Shown: in pieces, positions 47,194-47,272 of the stretch
Numbering within the stretch: position 1 is the stretch's first letter
Layout of the letters: the number at the start of each line of letters is the position of its first letter
Source: Spirochaetota bacterium
Lineage (GTDB): Bacteria; Spirochaetota; Leptospiria; Turneriellales; Turneriellaceae
Direction of reading: 5' to 3'
Assembly: GCA_963205035.1 (NCBI GenBank)
Contig: CAUJII010000013.1
Location: 1-47,272, forward strand
Length of the DNA stretch: 47,272 bases
Made by a program: the position numbers and the translations under genes
The notes under the pieces: generated by a model
The model's input: the letters and a program-made list of their open reading frames with translations, nothing else
What the model was told of the DNA's origin: nothing
Databases searched by the model: none

Positions 47194-47272
47194 AGAGTTA
47201 CTCTCCCTCTATATATTAAATACCCAGAAACCGTGTTTTTTTCTCACAAAATTCGAGTTTTTTTTCAAAAAC

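Noticed and set aside
1-47272. Whole window as a composite transposon or island bounded by inverted gene copies
   Set aside because: The interior is core housekeeping (clpPX-lon, mutY, tal, waaA), there is no transposase or integrase, and the flanking copies are diverged at synonymous sites. A dispersed family at contig breaks is simpler.

Overview
Single-organism bacterial DNA, about 49% GC by eye. Gene content (multiple FliG paralogs, bactofilin, giant PD40/TPR lipoprotein next to a SpoIIE-RsbW-STAS module, Leptospira-type ClpP2 motif) points to Leptospiraceae, possibly Turneriella-like; this is inferred, not searched. Most of the window is housekeeping. A + strand block at 689-7904 holds htpX, SPFH, a polyprenyl synthase, ThiF, a patatin and add. 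A ~28 kb tightly packed - strand run at 35692-7923 holds bactofilin, sufS, tonB, mlaF-like, guaD, mutY, fsa/tal, parA, the giant lipoprotein, the partner-switching module, fliG-like, acyP, waaA and clpP-clpX-lon. After these come czcA, an unusual MscS, a TagA/WecB glycosyltransferase, cysE, a MASE1-PAS sensor and selO. No rRNA, tRNA, CRISPR array or transposase was recognised. Main signals: (1) two inward-facing paralogs of a ~190-aa unknown (DUF1564-like?) gene at the two window ends, both associated with a 57-58-nt two-hairpin mini-element whose stems co-vary and whose loops are GGA-type, with two copies inserted in opposite orientations in the left paralog; (2) a lipoprotein-signal/ParB-Srx-like domain fused to MscS; (3) a ~200-bp nested palindrome between divergent genes; (4) a ClpP with catalytic Ser replaced by Asn; (5) a 43-bp tandem hairpin repeat built from the cysE 3' end.
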